A stretch of DNA of 64,000 nt from a virus. Below the pieces are notes generated by a model. It was not told the origin of the DNA, searched no databases, and was given only the letters and a program-made list of their open reading frames with translations. Shown here piece after piece: positions 63,693 to 64,000 of this stretch. Every line of letters begins with the position of its first letter. The first letter of the stretch is position 1. Where the stretch lies: positions 1 through 64,000 of IMG/VR virus record IMGVR_UViG_3300045988_095709; one strand, written 5' to 3'. The position numbers and the translations under genes were made by a program.

Positions 63693-64000
63693 ATGAATAT
63701 GTTTTCACTTAAATCAATGATAGACGATATACTATTATTGGTACGCAATAATAATATTAGCGAAAGTGAAGACCTGTCGAGAGCATAGATTGCAACATGG
63801 GTACTTGCGTATAAATCGTACTTGATAAACAAAAAGAACGAAAAAAACGAAGACGACGGAGAAGATAAATCCGACGATAGTTTTTAGACTACAATAGGAC
63901 CTGTAGAACTAATCGAAGAAGAATCTCTCGATAATACGTGTCTTCACAGAAAAAGAACTAAAGAAAAAATACCAGAGTTATTAGGAGACAGTGACGCAAA
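63693..64000 (+). CDS. Hypothetical protein, truncated by the right window edge
   Basis: MNMFSLKSMIDDILLLVRNNN..., 2 in-frame TAG so far. Confidence 0.5.

Noticed and set aside
33627-64000. Fragmented late ORFs as pseudogenes, frameshifts or sequencing errors
   Set aside because: All interruptions are TAG. No frame changes are needed. TAA and TGA occur only at gene ends. Conserved motifs continue across the TAGs.
29914-64000. TGA (or TAA) reassignment instead of, or in addition to, TAG
   Set aside because: TGA and TAA close genes cleanly, for example 48304..49050 and 63044..63691 at TGA and TerL and the portal at TAA. I saw no in-frame TGA or TAA inside conserved genes.

Overview
AT-rich dsDNA phage segment with two divergent arms that meet at about 29.7 kb. 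I infer a Crassvirales-like phage of a Bacteroidota host, from gene order, A-rich leaders without Shine-Dalgarno sequences, and the recoding described below.

The minus-strand arm (1-29,700) carries replication and early/middle functions. These include a P-loop ATPase, nuclease, primase-like protein, SSB, Sak4-like ATPase, DnaB-like helicase and family B DNA polymerase. It also has an ECF sigma factor, a ThyX-GNAT fusion, many small promoter-fronted genes, one canonical tRNA-Leu(UAA), several odd tRNA-like elements and ORF-free islands with a structured look.

The plus-strand arm (29,900-64,000) starts with five small standard-code genes. A tRNA/dUTPase cluster follows, then the tail fibre, TerL, portal, scaffold-like, capsid, tail fibre paralogues, GT2 and lysis genes.

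The main result is that the late arm cannot be read with the standard code. Every conserved late gene is broken only by in-frame TAG, about 140 by hand count, within a single frame, and ends at TAA or TGA. Three internal alignments place TAG opposite Gln.

At the entrance to this arm sits a tRNA gene whose two exons join to a 72-nt tRNA with anticodon CUA. The gene is interrupted inside the anticodon by a roughly 970-nt insertion that encodes an HNH homing endonuclease and looks group I intron-like.

One TAG-recoded gene is also hidden on the early strand. All coordinates and counts come from reading the sequence by hand; no searches were run.
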